The notes under the pieces were generated by a model. It saw only the letters and a program-made list of their open reading frames with translations, did not search any database and was not told the origin of the DNA. From the NCBI GenBank assembly GCA_965214705.1, contig CBDCCI010000002.1, forward strand, positions 1,120,001-1,184,000: 64,000 nucleotides of DNA, written 5' to 3'. This DNA is from Alphaproteobacteria bacterium. GTDB taxonomy: Bacteria > Pseudomonadota > Alphaproteobacteria > UBA828. This document shows positions 27,141-36,977 of this stretch, in pieces. The translations under genes were made by a program, and so were the position numbers. Numbering within the stretch: the stretch's first letter is position 1; every line of letters starts with the position of its first letter.

Positions 27141-27228
27141 TGGCACGAAGCGACTCTGGCACGCGCGACATCCCACTTTTCCCACTTATCCAACTTAATC
27201 CCGGTGAATCCCGGGAAAAATTGTTGCT
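27141..27228. repeat. cluster of short direct repeats in convergent intergenic region
   Basis: TGGCACG..GCGAC twice (27141, 27157), then 9-10 nt periodic units TCCCACTTT/TCCCACTTA/TCCAACTTA/ATCCCGGTGA/ATCCCGGGAA. Confidence 0.6.
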
Positions 27229-27262
27229 TCGCGCGTCTCGTGGGCCATTGGCGGGTGCCGCC

Positions 27263-28606
27263 TCAGCGGCCGCGCCGTTCCGGAATGATGCCGCGCGGGC
27301 TGAAGCGCATGACGACGAGCAGGATCAGCCCCATCACGATCAGGCGCATGTAGGCCGCGCTGTCGAGCAGGTGGGCGCGGAGCGGGTTGTCTTCGGGAAG
27401 GCCAGCGGTGATCACATCCATCAGCCAGAAGCCGGCGGGCTCGGCCTCGACCCACACGAACCAGACCAGGAACCCGCCGAACACGGCGCCCCAGTTGTTG
27501 CCCGAGCCGCCGACGATCACCATCACCCAGACCAGGAAGGTGAAGCGGAGCGGCTGATAGCTGCCCGGCGTGAACTGCCCGTCCAGCGTGGTCAGCATGG
27601 CGCCCGCGATCCCCATCACCGCCGCGCCCAGCACGAAGATCTGCATGTGGCGCCTGGTCACGTCCTTGCCCATCGCCGCTGCCGCGTCCTCGTTGTCGCG
27701 GATGGCGCGCATCATCCGGCCCCAGGGCGAGTTCAGCGCGCGCTCGGCGAGCCAGACGACCGCGATCAGGACCAGCGCGAACAGCACCGCGTAGCAGAGC
27801 TTCACGAAGATGCTCGAGCCCGTGGTCGGATCCGCGCCGAGCCACTGGACCAGGTCGAGGAACCAGGCGCTCTGCTGCAAGTCGATCTCGTAGGGTACCG
27901 GCCGGTCGAGGCCCGTGACGTTCTTCACGCCGCGGCTGAGCCAGTCCTCGTTCTTGATGACGGTGATGACGATCTCGGCGATGCCGAGGGTTGCGATGGC
28001 GAAGTAGTCCGAGCGCAGGCCGAGTGCGACCTTGCCGATGAGCCACGCCGCGCCGGCGGCGAGCAGACCGCCGACAATCCAAGAGAGGATGATCGGCAGG
28101 CCGGCGCCGCCCAGATAGCCGGTGGTGGCGCTGTCGATGCGTTCGATCTCGTCTACCGCCGGGTCGAAGAAGATGCGGGCGATGAAGAAGCCGGCGACGA
28201 GGACGATCGCCGTCCCCGCCGTGCGCAGCGGTTTTCTCCGCACGAAGCGGCGCAGCAGCACGATCAGCAGTGCGGCCGCCACCACCACCGCAAGCGCGAT
28301 GCCGAGACCCGCGCCACCCGCCGACCATGCTTCCGCCACCGGCGACTGCGAGATGAGCACACCGGCCAGGCCGCCGAGCGCCGCGAAGCCCATCACGCCG
28401 ACGTTGAGCAGGCCGGCGTAGCCCCACTGCATGTTGAGGCCGAGAGCCATGATCGCGGAGATCAGGCAGAGGTTGAGGATCGAGAGGCTGACCACCCAGG
28501 ACTGACCGACCCCGACCGCGATCAACAGCGCCGCCATGCCGGCGAAGAGCAGAGGCGTGCGAAGCCTGGGCGTCCAAAGGACAGGCCTAGAGAGCTTCGT
28601 CCTCAT
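27263..28606 (-). CDS. branched-chain amino acid-type ABC permease (LivM-like)
   Basis: LGLNMQWGYAGLLN, LRSDYFAIATL, SPWGRMMRAIRDNE. Confidence 0.92.
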   Translation of the reverse strand: MRTKLSRPVLWTPRLRTPLLFAGMAALLIAVGVGQSWVVSLSILNLCLISAIMALGLNMQWGYAGLLNVGVMGFAALGGLAGVLISQSPVAEAWSAGGAGLGIALAVVVAAALLIVLLRRFVRRKPLRTAGTAIVLVAGFFIARIFFDPAVDEIERIDSATTGYLGGAGLPIILSWIVGGLLAAGAAWLIGKVALGLRSDYFAIATLGIAEIVITVIKNEDWLSRGVKNVTGLDRPVPYEIDLQQSAWFLDLVQWLGADPTTGSSIFVKLCYAVLFALVLIAVVWLAERALNSPWGRMMRAIRDNEDAAAAMGKDVTRRHMQIFVLGAAVMGIAGAMLTTLDGQFTPGSYQPLRFTFLVWVMVIVGGSGNNWGAVFGGFLVWFVWVEAEPAGFWLMDVITAGLPEDNPLRAHLLDSAAYMRLIVMGLILLVVMRFSPRGIIPERRGR

Positions 28607-29619
28607 GACAGCACCCGCCCGCGGAAGATCCCGGTCGGGCGCACCAGCAGCACGACCACCAGGATGACGAAGGAGATCGCGAGCTTGTAATCGGTGGACA
28701 GCAGCTGCATGAGCCCGCTCGGCTCCCAGCTCTCAGGCACCAGGTAGCGCAGGAACTTCTTGTAGGCGTAAGTCACCGAGGTCTCGGAGAGCGCCACGAT
28801 GAAGCCGCCGGCGACCGCGCCGATGGGGTGGCCGATGCCGCCCAGGATCGCCGAAGCGAAGATGGGCAGGAGCAGCTGGAAATAGGTGAAGGGTTTGTAG
28901 CTCTTGTCGATGCCGTACATGGTGCCGGCCACCGCAGCCAGGGTGGCGGCGATCAGCCAGGCGTAGAACACTACGCGGTCGGGGCTCACGCCCGAGAGCA
29001 GCGCCAGGTCCTCGTTATCCGAATAGGCGCGCATCGCCTTGCCGGCCCGTGTCCGGTGCAGGAACCAGAAGAGCGCGGCCACCGCGACCGCGGTGACGGC
29101 GACGGTCAGCCCCTGCGAGAGCTTGATCGCGAGGCCTTCCTTCAACCCGGTCGCTGTCTTGAATTCGGAGGCCTTGATAATGAAGCGCGCTCCGTCGGCG
29201 AGGCGCCGGTCGTCGGGGCCGATGATGAAGCGGACGATGCCCTGCAGCGCGAACATCACGCCGACCGAGGCGATCAGCAGGATCACCGGCGGGCTCTTGC
29301 GCCGCCGGTAGAAGCGGAAGACGACGCGGTCCGCAGCCAGGTTGAAGGCGGCCGCGCCCACGATCCCGAAGGGCAAGGCGATGAGCGCCGTCGGCAGCGG
29401 CGCGATGCCGACGCCCATCCCCTGGAACCACCACGTGGTCAGCAGCACGACCATGGTGCCGAACGCCATCACGTCGCCGTGGGCGAAGTTGGCGAAGCGC
29501 AGGATGCCGAAGATGAGCGTGACTCCCAGGGCGCCGAGGGCGAGCTGGGAGCCGTAGGCGACGCCCGGCACGATCACGAAATTCAGCAGCAGGACGATCG
29601 CGTTCGCGACGTCGGTCAT
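28603..29619 (-). CDS. branched-chain amino acid-type ABC permease (LivH-like)
   Basis: ALGVTLIFGILRFANFAHG, GKAMRA, RPTGIF. Confidence 0.92.
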   Translation of the reverse strand: MTDVANAIVLLLNFVIVPGVAYGSQLALGALGVTLIFGILRFANFAHGDVMAFGTMVVLLTTWWFQGMGVGIAPLPTALIALPFGIVGAAAFNLAADRVVFRFYRRRKSPPVILLIASVGVMFALQGIVRFIIGPDDRRLADGARFIIKASEFKTATGLKEGLAIKLSQGLTVAVTAVAVAALFWFLHRTRAGKAMRAYSDNEDLALLSGVSPDRVVFYAWLIAATLAAVAGTMYGIDKSYKPFTYFQLLLPIFASAILGGIGHPIGAVAGGFIVALSETSVTYAYKKFLRYLVPESWEPSGLMQLLSTDYKLAISFVILVVVLLVRPTGIFRGRVLS

Positions 29620-29622
29620 GGG

Positions 29623-30327
29623 CTACCCGCCGAGGAACGAGCGCCGGACTTCGGGGTCGACGAGGAGCGCTTCGCCGGTGTCCGTGTGGCGGTTCTGGCC
29701 GGTGACGAGCACATAGCCCCGATCGGCGATGGTGAGCGCCTGGGCAGCGTTCTGCTCGACCATCAGGATGGCGATGCCGGTCGCGCGGATCTCCAGGATG
29801 CGGTCGAAGAGATCGTCCATCACCACGGGCGAAACGCCGGCGGTGGGCTCGTCCAGCATGAGCAGCCGGGGCTCGGTCATCAGCGCCCGGCCGATGGCCA
29901 CCTGCTGGCGCTGGCCGCCGGAAAGCTCGCCGGCGGGCTGGCGCCGCCTCTCCTTTAGGATCGGGAAGAGGTCGAAGACCCGCGCCATGGTCTCGGCCAC
30001 ACCGACGTCGCGGATGTAGGCGCCCATCTCCAGGTTTTCCTGGACGGTCATGGTGGTGAAGACGTTGCGCTCCTGCGGCACAAAGCCCATGCCCTTGCGC
30101 ACGCGCTCCTGCGGGCTCAGCCGGGTGATGTCCTCGCCGTCGAGCCGGACCGTGCCCTCCCGCAGCACGATCATGCCGAAGACCGCCTTCATCGCGGTCG
30201 ACTTGCCCGCGCCGTTGGGCCCCACGATCACGGCGACCTCACCCTGCTCGGCCTCGATGGTGCAGTCGCGGATGATGTCCGCGCCGCCGTAGCCGCCGGT
30301 CATGCCTTCGCCGGTGAGAAAGCTCAT
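29623..30327 (-). CDS. ABC transporter ATP-binding protein (LivF-like)
   Basis: GPNGAGKST, LSGGQRQ, LDEPT, VEQNA. Confidence 0.93.
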   Translation of the reverse strand: MSFLTGEGMTGGYGGADIIRDCTIEAEQGEVAVIVGPNGAGKSTAMKAVFGMIVLREGTVRLDGEDITRLSPQERVRKGMGFVPQERNVFTTMTVQENLEMGAYIRDVGVAETMARVFDLFPILKERRRQPAGELSGGQRQQVAIGRALMTEPRLLMLDEPTAGVSPVVMDDLFDRILEIRATGIAILMVEQNAAQALTIADRGYVLVTGQNRHTDTGEALLVDPEVRRSFLGG

Positions 30328-31163
30328 GATGCGCCAGCACCGCGCCGCCGGCCGCGCCCGAGATAGGAATCGATCACCCGCTGGTCTGCCTTGACCTCGG
30401 CCGGCGAGCCCTGGGTCAGCACCTTGCCCTCAGCCATGACGATCACCGGCTGGCACAGGCGCGTGATGAAGTCGATGTCGTGCTCGATCATGCAGAAGGT
30501 GTAGCCGCGCTCCCGATTGAGGCGGAGGATGGCGTCGCCGATGCTCCGCAGCAGCGTGCGGTTGACGCCGGCGCCGACCTCGTCGAGGAACACGATCCGG
30601 GGCTCGGCCATCATCGTCCGGCCGAGCTCCAGGAGCTTTTTCTGCCCGCCGGAAAGCGCGCCCGCGCGCTCGGTGGCGACCCGCTCCAGGCCGAGAAACG
30701 TAACCACGTCCCAGGCCCGGTCGCGTATCTCCGCTTCTTGGGCAATAACCTTGCCGCGGCGGAACCAGGCGTTGACCAGCGCCTCGCCGGCTTGTCCGCC
30801 GGGCACCGTCGTCAGGTTCTCCAGGACCGTGAGACTTGAGAACTCGTGCGCAATCTGAAAGGTGCGCAGCACGCCCCTGTGAAAGAGCTGGTGCGGCTTC
30901 AGGCCGGTGATCTCCTGCTCCTGCAGGAAGACCCGGCCTTCGGAGGGCGGATACACGCCGGCGATGACGTTGAAGAGGGTGGTCTTGCCAGCGCCGTTGG
31001 GGCCGATCAGCCCGGTGATCGACCCCTCTTCAATCTCCACGGTGACGCCGTCGACGGCGCGGATACCGCCGAAATGCAGATGCAGGTTCTCGACCCGGAT
31101 CATGGCAGGCGCGTCGTTCGCGCTGCCCTCCGGGGCAGGGGATGCGGCCGGCGGCCCGGTCAT
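30324..31163 (-). CDS. ABC transporter ATP-binding protein (LivG-like)
   Basis: FGGIRAV, GPNGAGKTT, LSGGQKKLLEL, IEHD. Confidence 0.93.
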   Translation of the reverse strand: MTGPPAASPAPEGSANDAPAMIRVENLHLHFGGIRAVDGVTVEIEEGSITGLIGPNGAGKTTLFNVIAGVYPPSEGRVFLQEQEITGLKPHQLFHRGVLRTFQIAHEFSSLTVLENLTTVPGGQAGEALVNAWFRRGKVIAQEAEIRDRAWDVVTFLGLERVATERAGALSGGQKKLLELGRTMMAEPRIVFLDEVGAGVNRTLLRSIGDAILRLNRERGYTFCMIEHDIDFITRLCQPVIVMAEGKVLTQGSPAEVKADQRVIDSYLGRGRRRGAGAS

Positions 31164-31196
31164 CGCTGCCCGAGCCGCCGTCCGTCATTGCGCGAT

Positions 31197-32405
31197 CTAG
31201 CGGATTTCCTTGGTCATGAAGGCGCCGCCCTCGACCTCCATCACCGCATAGGAGCCAGCGGCCTCGCCCACATCGGTGAGCTCGACGTTGGTCGCACCCT
31301 GATAGTCGATCTCGCCGCCGTCGGCGAGAATCTGCAGAGCCTTGCCGAGCTCACCCGGTCCGATCTGCTCGCCCGGCGCGTTGGCGACCTCCAGCACCTT
31401 GGACGCGGACGCGCCGCGATCGGCCGTGCCCGCCGCCTGCATCGAGAGCGCGATCAGCGCCGCAGCGTCGTAGGACTCACCGCGGAACGGGCCGTCGCCG
31501 TCCACGCCGTTGGCTGCCGCAAGTTCGACGAATGCCGCAGCGCCCTCGGAGGCCGAGCCCGGCGCGGTGCCGATCGTGCCGGTCAGCGCGTCGCCGATCG
31601 CCTCGATCAACGAGTCTCCGATCATGCCGTCGCCAACGATGAAGTTCTCGAAGGCGCCGGTGTCGACGGCCCCCTGGATGATCCCCTTGCCGCCCTGGTC
31701 GATATAGCCGAAGACCACAAGGTGTTCCGCGCCCGAGGCGGCGAGCGCGCCCACCTCGGCCGAATAGTCGCCTTTGCCGTCCTCGTGCGCCGCCGAGATC
31801 TCGACTGTGCCGCCGAGGGCGGCGAACGCCGCGCCGAAGCTGCCGTCGAGCCCCTTGCCGTAGTCGTTGTTGGTGTAGGTGACCGCGACGCTCATGATGC
31901 CCCGCTCGATCAGAACCTCGGCGAGCACCTGCCCCTGCCGTGCGTCCGACGGCGCGGTGCGGAAGAACAGGCCGTTGTCTTCGATCGTGGTCAGCGCCGG
32001 CGAGGTCGCCGACGGCGAGATGATGACCACGCCGTTCGGCACCGCGACGTTGTTGGTGATGGCGATGGTGACGCCGGAACAGTCGGCGCCGAAGATCGCG
32101 GCAACGCCCTCGGCAGTGACCAGACGCTCCGCCGCGGCGGTCGCGGCGGCGGCGTCGATGCAGGTCGAATCGCCCCTGACCGGGACCATCACCTTGCCAC
32201 CGAGGAAGGCGCCTGAATCCGACACCTCCTTCATGGCCAGCTCAGCCGAATCCCCCATGGGGGGCGTCAGCGACTCGATCGGGCCGGTGAAGCCGAGAAT
32301 GACACCGACCTTCACCTCGTGGCCGTCGGCCTTGGCGTCCGGCGCCAGCCCAAGACAAAGCGCAGCGGCAGCCGCAACAAGTGTAACTCGCCAATTCCTT
32401 CTCAT
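31197..32405 (-). CDS. ABC transporter substrate-binding protein (HAAT/LivK-like)
   Basis: signal peptide MRRNWRV..AKA; ISPSATSPALT, FRTAPSD, NNDYGKGL; ATG 32405 chosen. Confidence 0.9.
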   Translation of the reverse strand: MRRNWRVTLVAAAAALCLGLAPDAKADGHEVKVGVILGFTGPIESLTPPMGDSAELAMKEVSDSGAFLGGKVMVPVRGDSTCIDAAAATAAAERLVTAEGVAAIFGADCSGVTIAITNNVAVPNGVVIISPSATSPALTTIEDNGLFFRTAPSDARQGQVLAEVLIERGIMSVAVTYTNNDYGKGLDGSFGAAFAALGGTVEISAAHEDGKGDYSAEVGALAASGAEHLVVFGYIDQGGKGIIQGAVDTGAFENFIVGDGMIGDSLIEAIGDALTGTIGTAPGSASEGAAAFVELAAANGVDGDGPFRGESYDAAALIALSMQAAGTADRGASASKVLEVANAPGEQIGPGELGKALQILADGGEIDYQGATNVELTDVGEAAGSYAVMEVEGGAFMTKEIR

Positions 32406-32560
32406 GATTCGTGCTCCCTGTCCGAGGGTCGCGGCCGCACGCCCCAGCGATGGCGCGGTGCGCCGACCGGTTCGCAAATCATAGCGCGCTTTGACCGGTG
32501 TTTCGAACGGATTGGCTAATCGAGTCATGCCTCGTGATCGGAATTTGCCCGGTTCGCGCG

Positions 32561-32589
32561 TTGACGGGCTGCGGGGCAGGGACTATCTC
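32561..32589 (+). promoter_or_regulatory. putative sigma70 promoter of uvrC-pgsA-mob/moe/moa operon
   Basis: TTGAC-N17-CTATCT resembling the alphaproteobacterial RpoD consensus; supports uvrC start at 32623. Confidence 0.45.
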
Positions 32590-32622
32590 TCAGGCCAAGC
32601 GGCGCATCAGGCGGATGACGCG

Positions 32623-34560
32623 ATGGTGGACGTGCAGATCGAGCGGCCGACCACGTCCGTCACGGACGATGCGGCGGCGCTCGCCGAGCCGGGCGTCTCG
32701 CTGGAGCGCGGCGTCGCGGCGTTGCGCGCGGCGCTGGGGACCATGCCGGCCGGCGCCGGTGTCTACTGCATGCGCGACCGGCACGAGAAGCCGCTCTACG
32801 TCGGCAAGGCCAAGAGCCTGCGCAAGCGCGTCCAGACCTACGTCAACGTCCGCACGCTGCCGGTCCGCCTGCAGCGCATGATCGCGGCCACGACCTCGGT
32901 CGAGGTGATCACCACCGAGGGCGAGGTCGAGGCGCTGCTGCTCGAGAGCAACCTGATCAAGCGGCTCAAGCCGCACTACAACATCCTGCTCCGGGACGAC
33001 AAGTCGTTCCCCTACATCCTGCTCCGCCGGGGCCACACTTGGCCGCAGATCACCAAGTATCGCGGCGCCAAGAGCGCAGAGGGCGACTACTTCGGCCCGT
33101 TCGCCTCGGCCGGCGCGGTGAACCTCACGATCAACGCGCTGCAGCGGGCGTTCCCGCTGCGGTCCTGCTCCGATTCGGTGCTGGAGAGCCGCACCCGGCC
33201 CTGCCTGCAGTACCAGATCAAACGCTGCACCGCGCCCTGCGTCGGCCGCATCGGCAAGGCCGACTACGACGTGCTGGTGGAGGAGGCGCGGGCCTTCCTC
33301 GCCGGGCGCAGCAGGCAGGTCCAGAGCCGGCTGACCGAGCGGATGACCGCGGCGAGCGACGCGCTGGAATTCGAGACCGCCGCCGCCTACCGCGACCGCA
33401 TCAAGGCGCTCGCCCATATCCAGATGCGCCAGGGCATCAACCTGCCCTCCATGGACGATGCCGATGTGGTCGCCATCCACGACGAGGCCGGCCAGGCCTG
33501 CGTGCAGGTCTTCTTCTTCCGCTCCGGCCAGAACTACGGCAACCGGGCGTTCTTCCCGCGTCACGGGGCGGACGAGACGGCCGAGGCGATCCTGCGCGCC
33601 TTCATCGGGCAGTTCTACAGCGCGCGGGAGGCGCCGCCGCTGGTCCTGGTCAACCGGCCGCTGGCGGAGGCTTCGCTGCTCGCCGAGGCGCTGACGGTCC
33701 GGGCCGGGCGGCGGGTCCGGCTGCACCGCCCGCAGCGCGGCGAGAAGCGCAAGCTGGTGGAGGACGCCGAGCGCAACGCCCGCGAAGCGCTCGCCCGCCG
33801 GCTCGGCGAGAGCACGGCGCAGCGGCGCCTGCTGGAGAGCCTGGCCCAGAAGTTCGGGCTGGAGAGCGCGCCGGAGCGGATCGAGGTCTACGACAACAGC
33901 CACATCTCGGGCACCGATGCGGTCGGCAGCCTGATCGTCGCGGGGCCGGACGGCTTCATCAAGAACGCCTACCGCAAGTTCACGATCCGGTCTGTGGCAG
34001 CGGCGCAGGACCCGGCCGCGCCGGGCGACGACTACGCCATGATGCGCGAGGTTCTCACCCGCCGCTTCTCCCGCCTGATCAAGGAGGACCCCGGCCGCGC
34101 GGGCGAATCGTGGCCGGACCTGGTGCTGATCGACGGGGGCGCCGGCCAGCTGGGCGAGGCACGCCGGGTCTTCGCCGATCTCGGCATCGCCGACCTCGCG
34201 GTCGCGGCGATCGCCAAGGGGCCGGAGCGCAATGCCGGCCGCGAGCGCATCTTCTTGCCCGACAGGCCGCCGGTCTCGCTCGGCGCGCGCGAGCCGCTGC
34301 TCTACTTCCTGCAGCGACTGCGGGACGAGGCGCATCGCTTCGCCATCGGCACCCACCGGGCCAAGCGCGCCAAGGCCCGCGCCCGCTCGGCGCTCGACGA
34401 GATTCCGGGCGTCGGCCCCCGGCGCAAGAAGGCGCTGCTGCACCGCTTCGGCTCGGCGCGGGGGGTGAGCCAGGCGGGCCTCGCCGATCTGGAGACCGTG
34501 GACGGCATATCGAGCACGGTCGCGCGCGCGATCCATGACCACTTCCGCGCCGAACATTGA
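32623..34560 (+). CDS. uvrC: excinuclease ABC subunit C
   Basis: GIY-YIG (GVY..LYVGKAKSL), LRDDKSFPYI, RIEVYDNSH, IDGG.GQ, RLRDEAHRFAI, HhH C-terminus. Confidence 0.97.
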   Translation: MVDVQIERPTTSVTDDAAALAEPGVSLERGVAALRAALGTMPAGAGVYCMRDRHEKPLYVGKAKSLRKRVQTYVNVRTLPVRLQRMIAATTSVEVITTEGEVEALLLESNLIKRLKPHYNILLRDDKSFPYILLRRGHTWPQITKYRGAKSAEGDYFGPFASAGAVNLTINALQRAFPLRSCSDSVLESRTRPCLQYQIKRCTAPCVGRIGKADYDVLVEEARAFLAGRSRQVQSRLTERMTAASDALEFETAAAYRDRIKALAHIQMRQGINLPSMDDADVVAIHDEAGQACVQVFFFRSGQNYGNRAFFPRHGADETAEAILRAFIGQFYSAREAPPLVLVNRPLAEASLLAEALTVRAGRRVRLHRPQRGEKRKLVEDAERNAREALARRLGESTAQRRLLESLAQKFGLESAPERIEVYDNSHISGTDAVGSLIVAGPDGFIKNAYRKFTIRSVAAAQDPAAPGDDYAMMREVLTRRFSRLIKEDPGRAGESWPDLVLIDGGAGQLGEARRVFADLGIADLAVAAIAKGPERNAGRERIFLPDRPPVSLGAREPLLYFLQRLRDEAHRFAIGTHRAKRAKARARSALDEIPGVGPRRKKALLHRFGSARGVSQAGLADLETVDGISSTVARAIHDHFRAEH

Positions 34561-35185
34561 GAGTGTCGAGGCCTCGGAGTCCGTGACGGAGGCCGATCCG
34601 CTGCGAGTCGCGAGCTGGCCCAACGCGGTCACGGGGCTCCGCATCGTCATGGTGCCCGTGCTCGTCGGCTCGTTCTTCATCGCCGGCGCGAGCGGACTCT
34701 GGCTCGGCTTCGCGGTCTTCGCGGCAGCGGCGCTCAGCGACTTCTTCGACGGCTGGCTGGCGCGCAGGCTCGATCAGCATTCGCTGCTGGGGCGGATTCT
34801 CGATCCCATCGCCGACAAGCTCCTGGTGGCGGCGGCGCTCGTCATGTTGGCCACCGACGGGCGCGCGCCGGCGATCGCCGTGGTGGCGATTCTCGCCCGC
34901 GAGCTCCTGATTGCCGGGCTCAGGGAGGCGCTCGCCGGCAAGGTGGCGCTCCCGGTTCAGCCGCTCGCCAAGTGGAAGACCGCCGCGCAGATGGTCGCCA
35001 TCGCGCTGCTGCTGCTCACGCCGGCCATCGCACCCTGGCTCTCAGACGCCGCAGGCGACGGGCTCGCCACCGCCGGCGAGGGGCTGCTCTGGCTCGCGGC
35101 GGTGCTGACCTGGGCCAGCGCGATCGGCTATGTTCGGGCAAGCGTGCGCGGCCTGCGGGCGGCACGGCCGGAGCAGGAGGAGTAG
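34535..35185 (+). CDS. pgsA: CDP-diacylglycerol--glycerol-3-phosphate 3-phosphatidyltransferase
   Basis: DFFDGWLARR..GRILDPIADK; follows uvrC as usual; start may be later (GTG 34583). Confidence 0.93.
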   Translation: MTTSAPNIESVEASESVTEADPLRVASWPNAVTGLRIVMVPVLVGSFFIAGASGLWLGFAVFAAAALSDFFDGWLARRLDQHSLLGRILDPIADKLLVAAALVMLATDGRAPAIAVVAILARELLIAGLREALAGKVALPVQPLAKWKTAAQMVAIALLLLTPAIAPWLSDAAGDGLATAGEGLLWLAAVLTWASAIGYVRASVRGLRAARPEQEE

Positions 35186-35734
35186 GTGCGGCGGTTCGGG
35201 GTCACGGGGCTGAGCGACAGCGGCAAGACAACGCTGGTCTGCCGGCTGTTGCCGAGACTGCGCGCACGGGGCTTGCGCGTCGCCACCGTGAAGCATGCCC
35301 ACCACGGCTTCGACCTACTGCCCGAGGGCCATCCCGCCCACGCGTGGCGGGCTGCCGGCGCCCGCGACATCGTGCTGGCAGGCTCGGATCGCTTCGCCCA
35401 CCTGCGCGAGACCGGCGATGACGGCGAGCCGCCGCTGGATCGGCTGCTCGAGCGCCTGGAGCCGGCCGACCTCGTGCTGATCGAGGGCTACAAGCGGGGC
35501 GGCCACGACAAGATCGAGGCGCAGCGCGGCGCAGGCGAAGCGCCGCTTCTCGCCGCCGCGGACCCCACCGTCGTCGCCATCGCGAGCGACCGGCCGGTGC
35601 CGGCGGCGGCTTCGCTCGGGCGCCGGGTGCCGGTCTTCGATATCGACGACGTGGATGGGATCGCTTCGTTCGTGGTGGCGCACTGCGGCGCTGCGGAGGG
35701 TGACGAGCCGGTGTTGGCCCATGGCACAGCTTAG
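35186..35734 (+). CDS. mobB: molybdopterin-guanine dinucleotide biosynthesis protein B
   Basis: GLSDSGKTT, VKHAHHGFD, DLVLIEGYK. Confidence 0.92.
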   Translation: MRRFGVTGLSDSGKTTLVCRLLPRLRARGLRVATVKHAHHGFDLLPEGHPAHAWRAAGARDIVLAGSDRFAHLRETGDDGEPPLDRLLERLEPADLVLIEGYKRGGHDKIEAQRGAGEAPLLAAADPTVVAIASDRPVPAAASLGRRVPVFDIDDVDGIASFVVAHCGAAEGDEPVLAHGTA

Positions 35735-36977
35735 CGACGACTGCTTCGCCTTCGGCGGCGCGCTGACTCCCGCGGCGGAGGCGCTCGCGCAACTGGAGAG
35801 CGTCGTCCATCCCATCGCCGAGACCGAGACCGTGGGCCTGAAGGCGGCCAACGGGCGCATCCTGGCGGAGACCGTGATCTCGGAACGTGCCGTACCGCCC
35901 CACGACAACGCCGCCGTCGACGGCTACGCGGTCTACTTCGACGATCTCAACGCCGCCGATGACACGCGCCTGCCCTGCACCGGGCGGGCTGCGGCCGGGC
36001 ACCCGCTCGGCCGGCCCGCCGAGCGGGGCGAGGCGATCCGCGTCTTCACCGGCGCCCCGATGCCGGCGGGTCCCGAGACCGTGCTGATGCAGGAGGACTG
36101 CCGCATCGACGGCAATGCCGTCGTCGTGCCGCCCGGAATCAAGCGCGGCGCCAACCGCCGGCACACAGGCGAGGACATCGCGCCCGGCACCACCATCCTC
36201 ACCGCCGGCCGGGCCTTGCGCCCGCAGGATGTCGGCCTCGCCGCCTCCATCGGGCGCACCGAGCTCCTGGTTTTCCGGCGGCTCAGGGTCGCGATCTTCT
36301 CCACCGGCGACGAGGTCTACGAGCCGGGCGTGGCGCTCGGCGAAGGCGGCATATACGACTCCAACCGCTACGTCATCGCCGGCCTCGCGGAGCGGCTGGG
36401 CTGCGCCCTCACCGACATGGGCATTCTGCCGGACAGGCTCGACGCGATCGCCGGCGCGCTGGCGGAGCGCAGCCGCGATCACGACCTGCTGCTCACCTCC
36501 GGCGGCATGTCGACCGGCGACGAGGATCACGTCAAGGCGGCGGTGGAGGCGCTCGGCCACCTTCACTTTTGGCGTCTCGCCATCCGGCCGGGGCGGCCCA
36601 TCGCCCTCGGCCAGGTCGGGCGCGTGCCCTTCATCGGGCTCCCCGGCAACCCGGTGGCCGTCATGGTCACCTTCCTGCGCTTCGCGCGCCCGCTGATCCT
36701 GCGCCTCGGCGGCTGCACCGAGGTCGAGCCCGCGCACTACCGAGTGCCGGCGGCATTCGACTACAAGAAGAAGCGGGGGCGGCGCGAATGGCTGCGGGCG
36801 CGGCTCTCGGCGCGGCCGGACGGCACCCTCGGGGCGGAGAAATTCGCCCGCGACGGCGCCGGAATCCTCACATCCGCGGTCTTCGCCGACGGCTTGATCG
36901 AGCTTCCCGAAGACCTCACCTCGCTCAGCGCGGGCACGATGGTCGACTTTCTCCCGTTCAACGAGATGTACCGATGA
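35721..36977 (+). CDS. moeA: molybdopterin molybdenumtransferase
   Basis: MAQLSDDCFAFG start, AVDGYAV, FTGAPMP, STGDE, DSNR, GLPGNP. Confidence 0.96.
   Translation: MAQLSDDCFAFGGALTPAAEALAQLESVVHPIAETETVGLKAANGRILAETVISERAVPPHDNAAVDGYAVYFDDLNAADDTRLPCTGRAAAGHPLGRPAERGEAIRVFTGAPMPAGPETVLMQEDCRIDGNAVVVPPGIKRGANRRHTGEDIAPGTTILTAGRALRPQDVGLAASIGRTELLVFRRLRVAIFSTGDEVYEPGVALGEGGIYDSNRYVIAGLAERLGCALTDMGILPDRLDAIAGALAERSRDHDLLLTSGGMSTGDEDHVKAAVEALGHLHFWRLAIRPGRPIALGQVGRVPFIGLPGNPVAVMVTFLRFARPLILRLGGCTEVEPAHYRVPAAFDYKKKRGRREWLRARLSARPDGTLGAEKFARDGAGILTSAVFADGLIELPEDLTSLSAGTMVDFLPFNEMYR

Noticed and set aside
27141-27175. TGGCACG as a sigma54 -24 element (twice)
   Set aside because: No TTGC at the -12 position in either copy and no gene downstream to drive
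27171-27228. Possible CRISPR or iteron array
   Set aside because: Units are only 9-10 nt with no spacers; no cas or rep gene
32406-32622. LexA (GTTC-N7-GTTC) box upstream of uvrC
   Set aside because: Only single GTTC/GAAC half-sites; no correctly spaced pair
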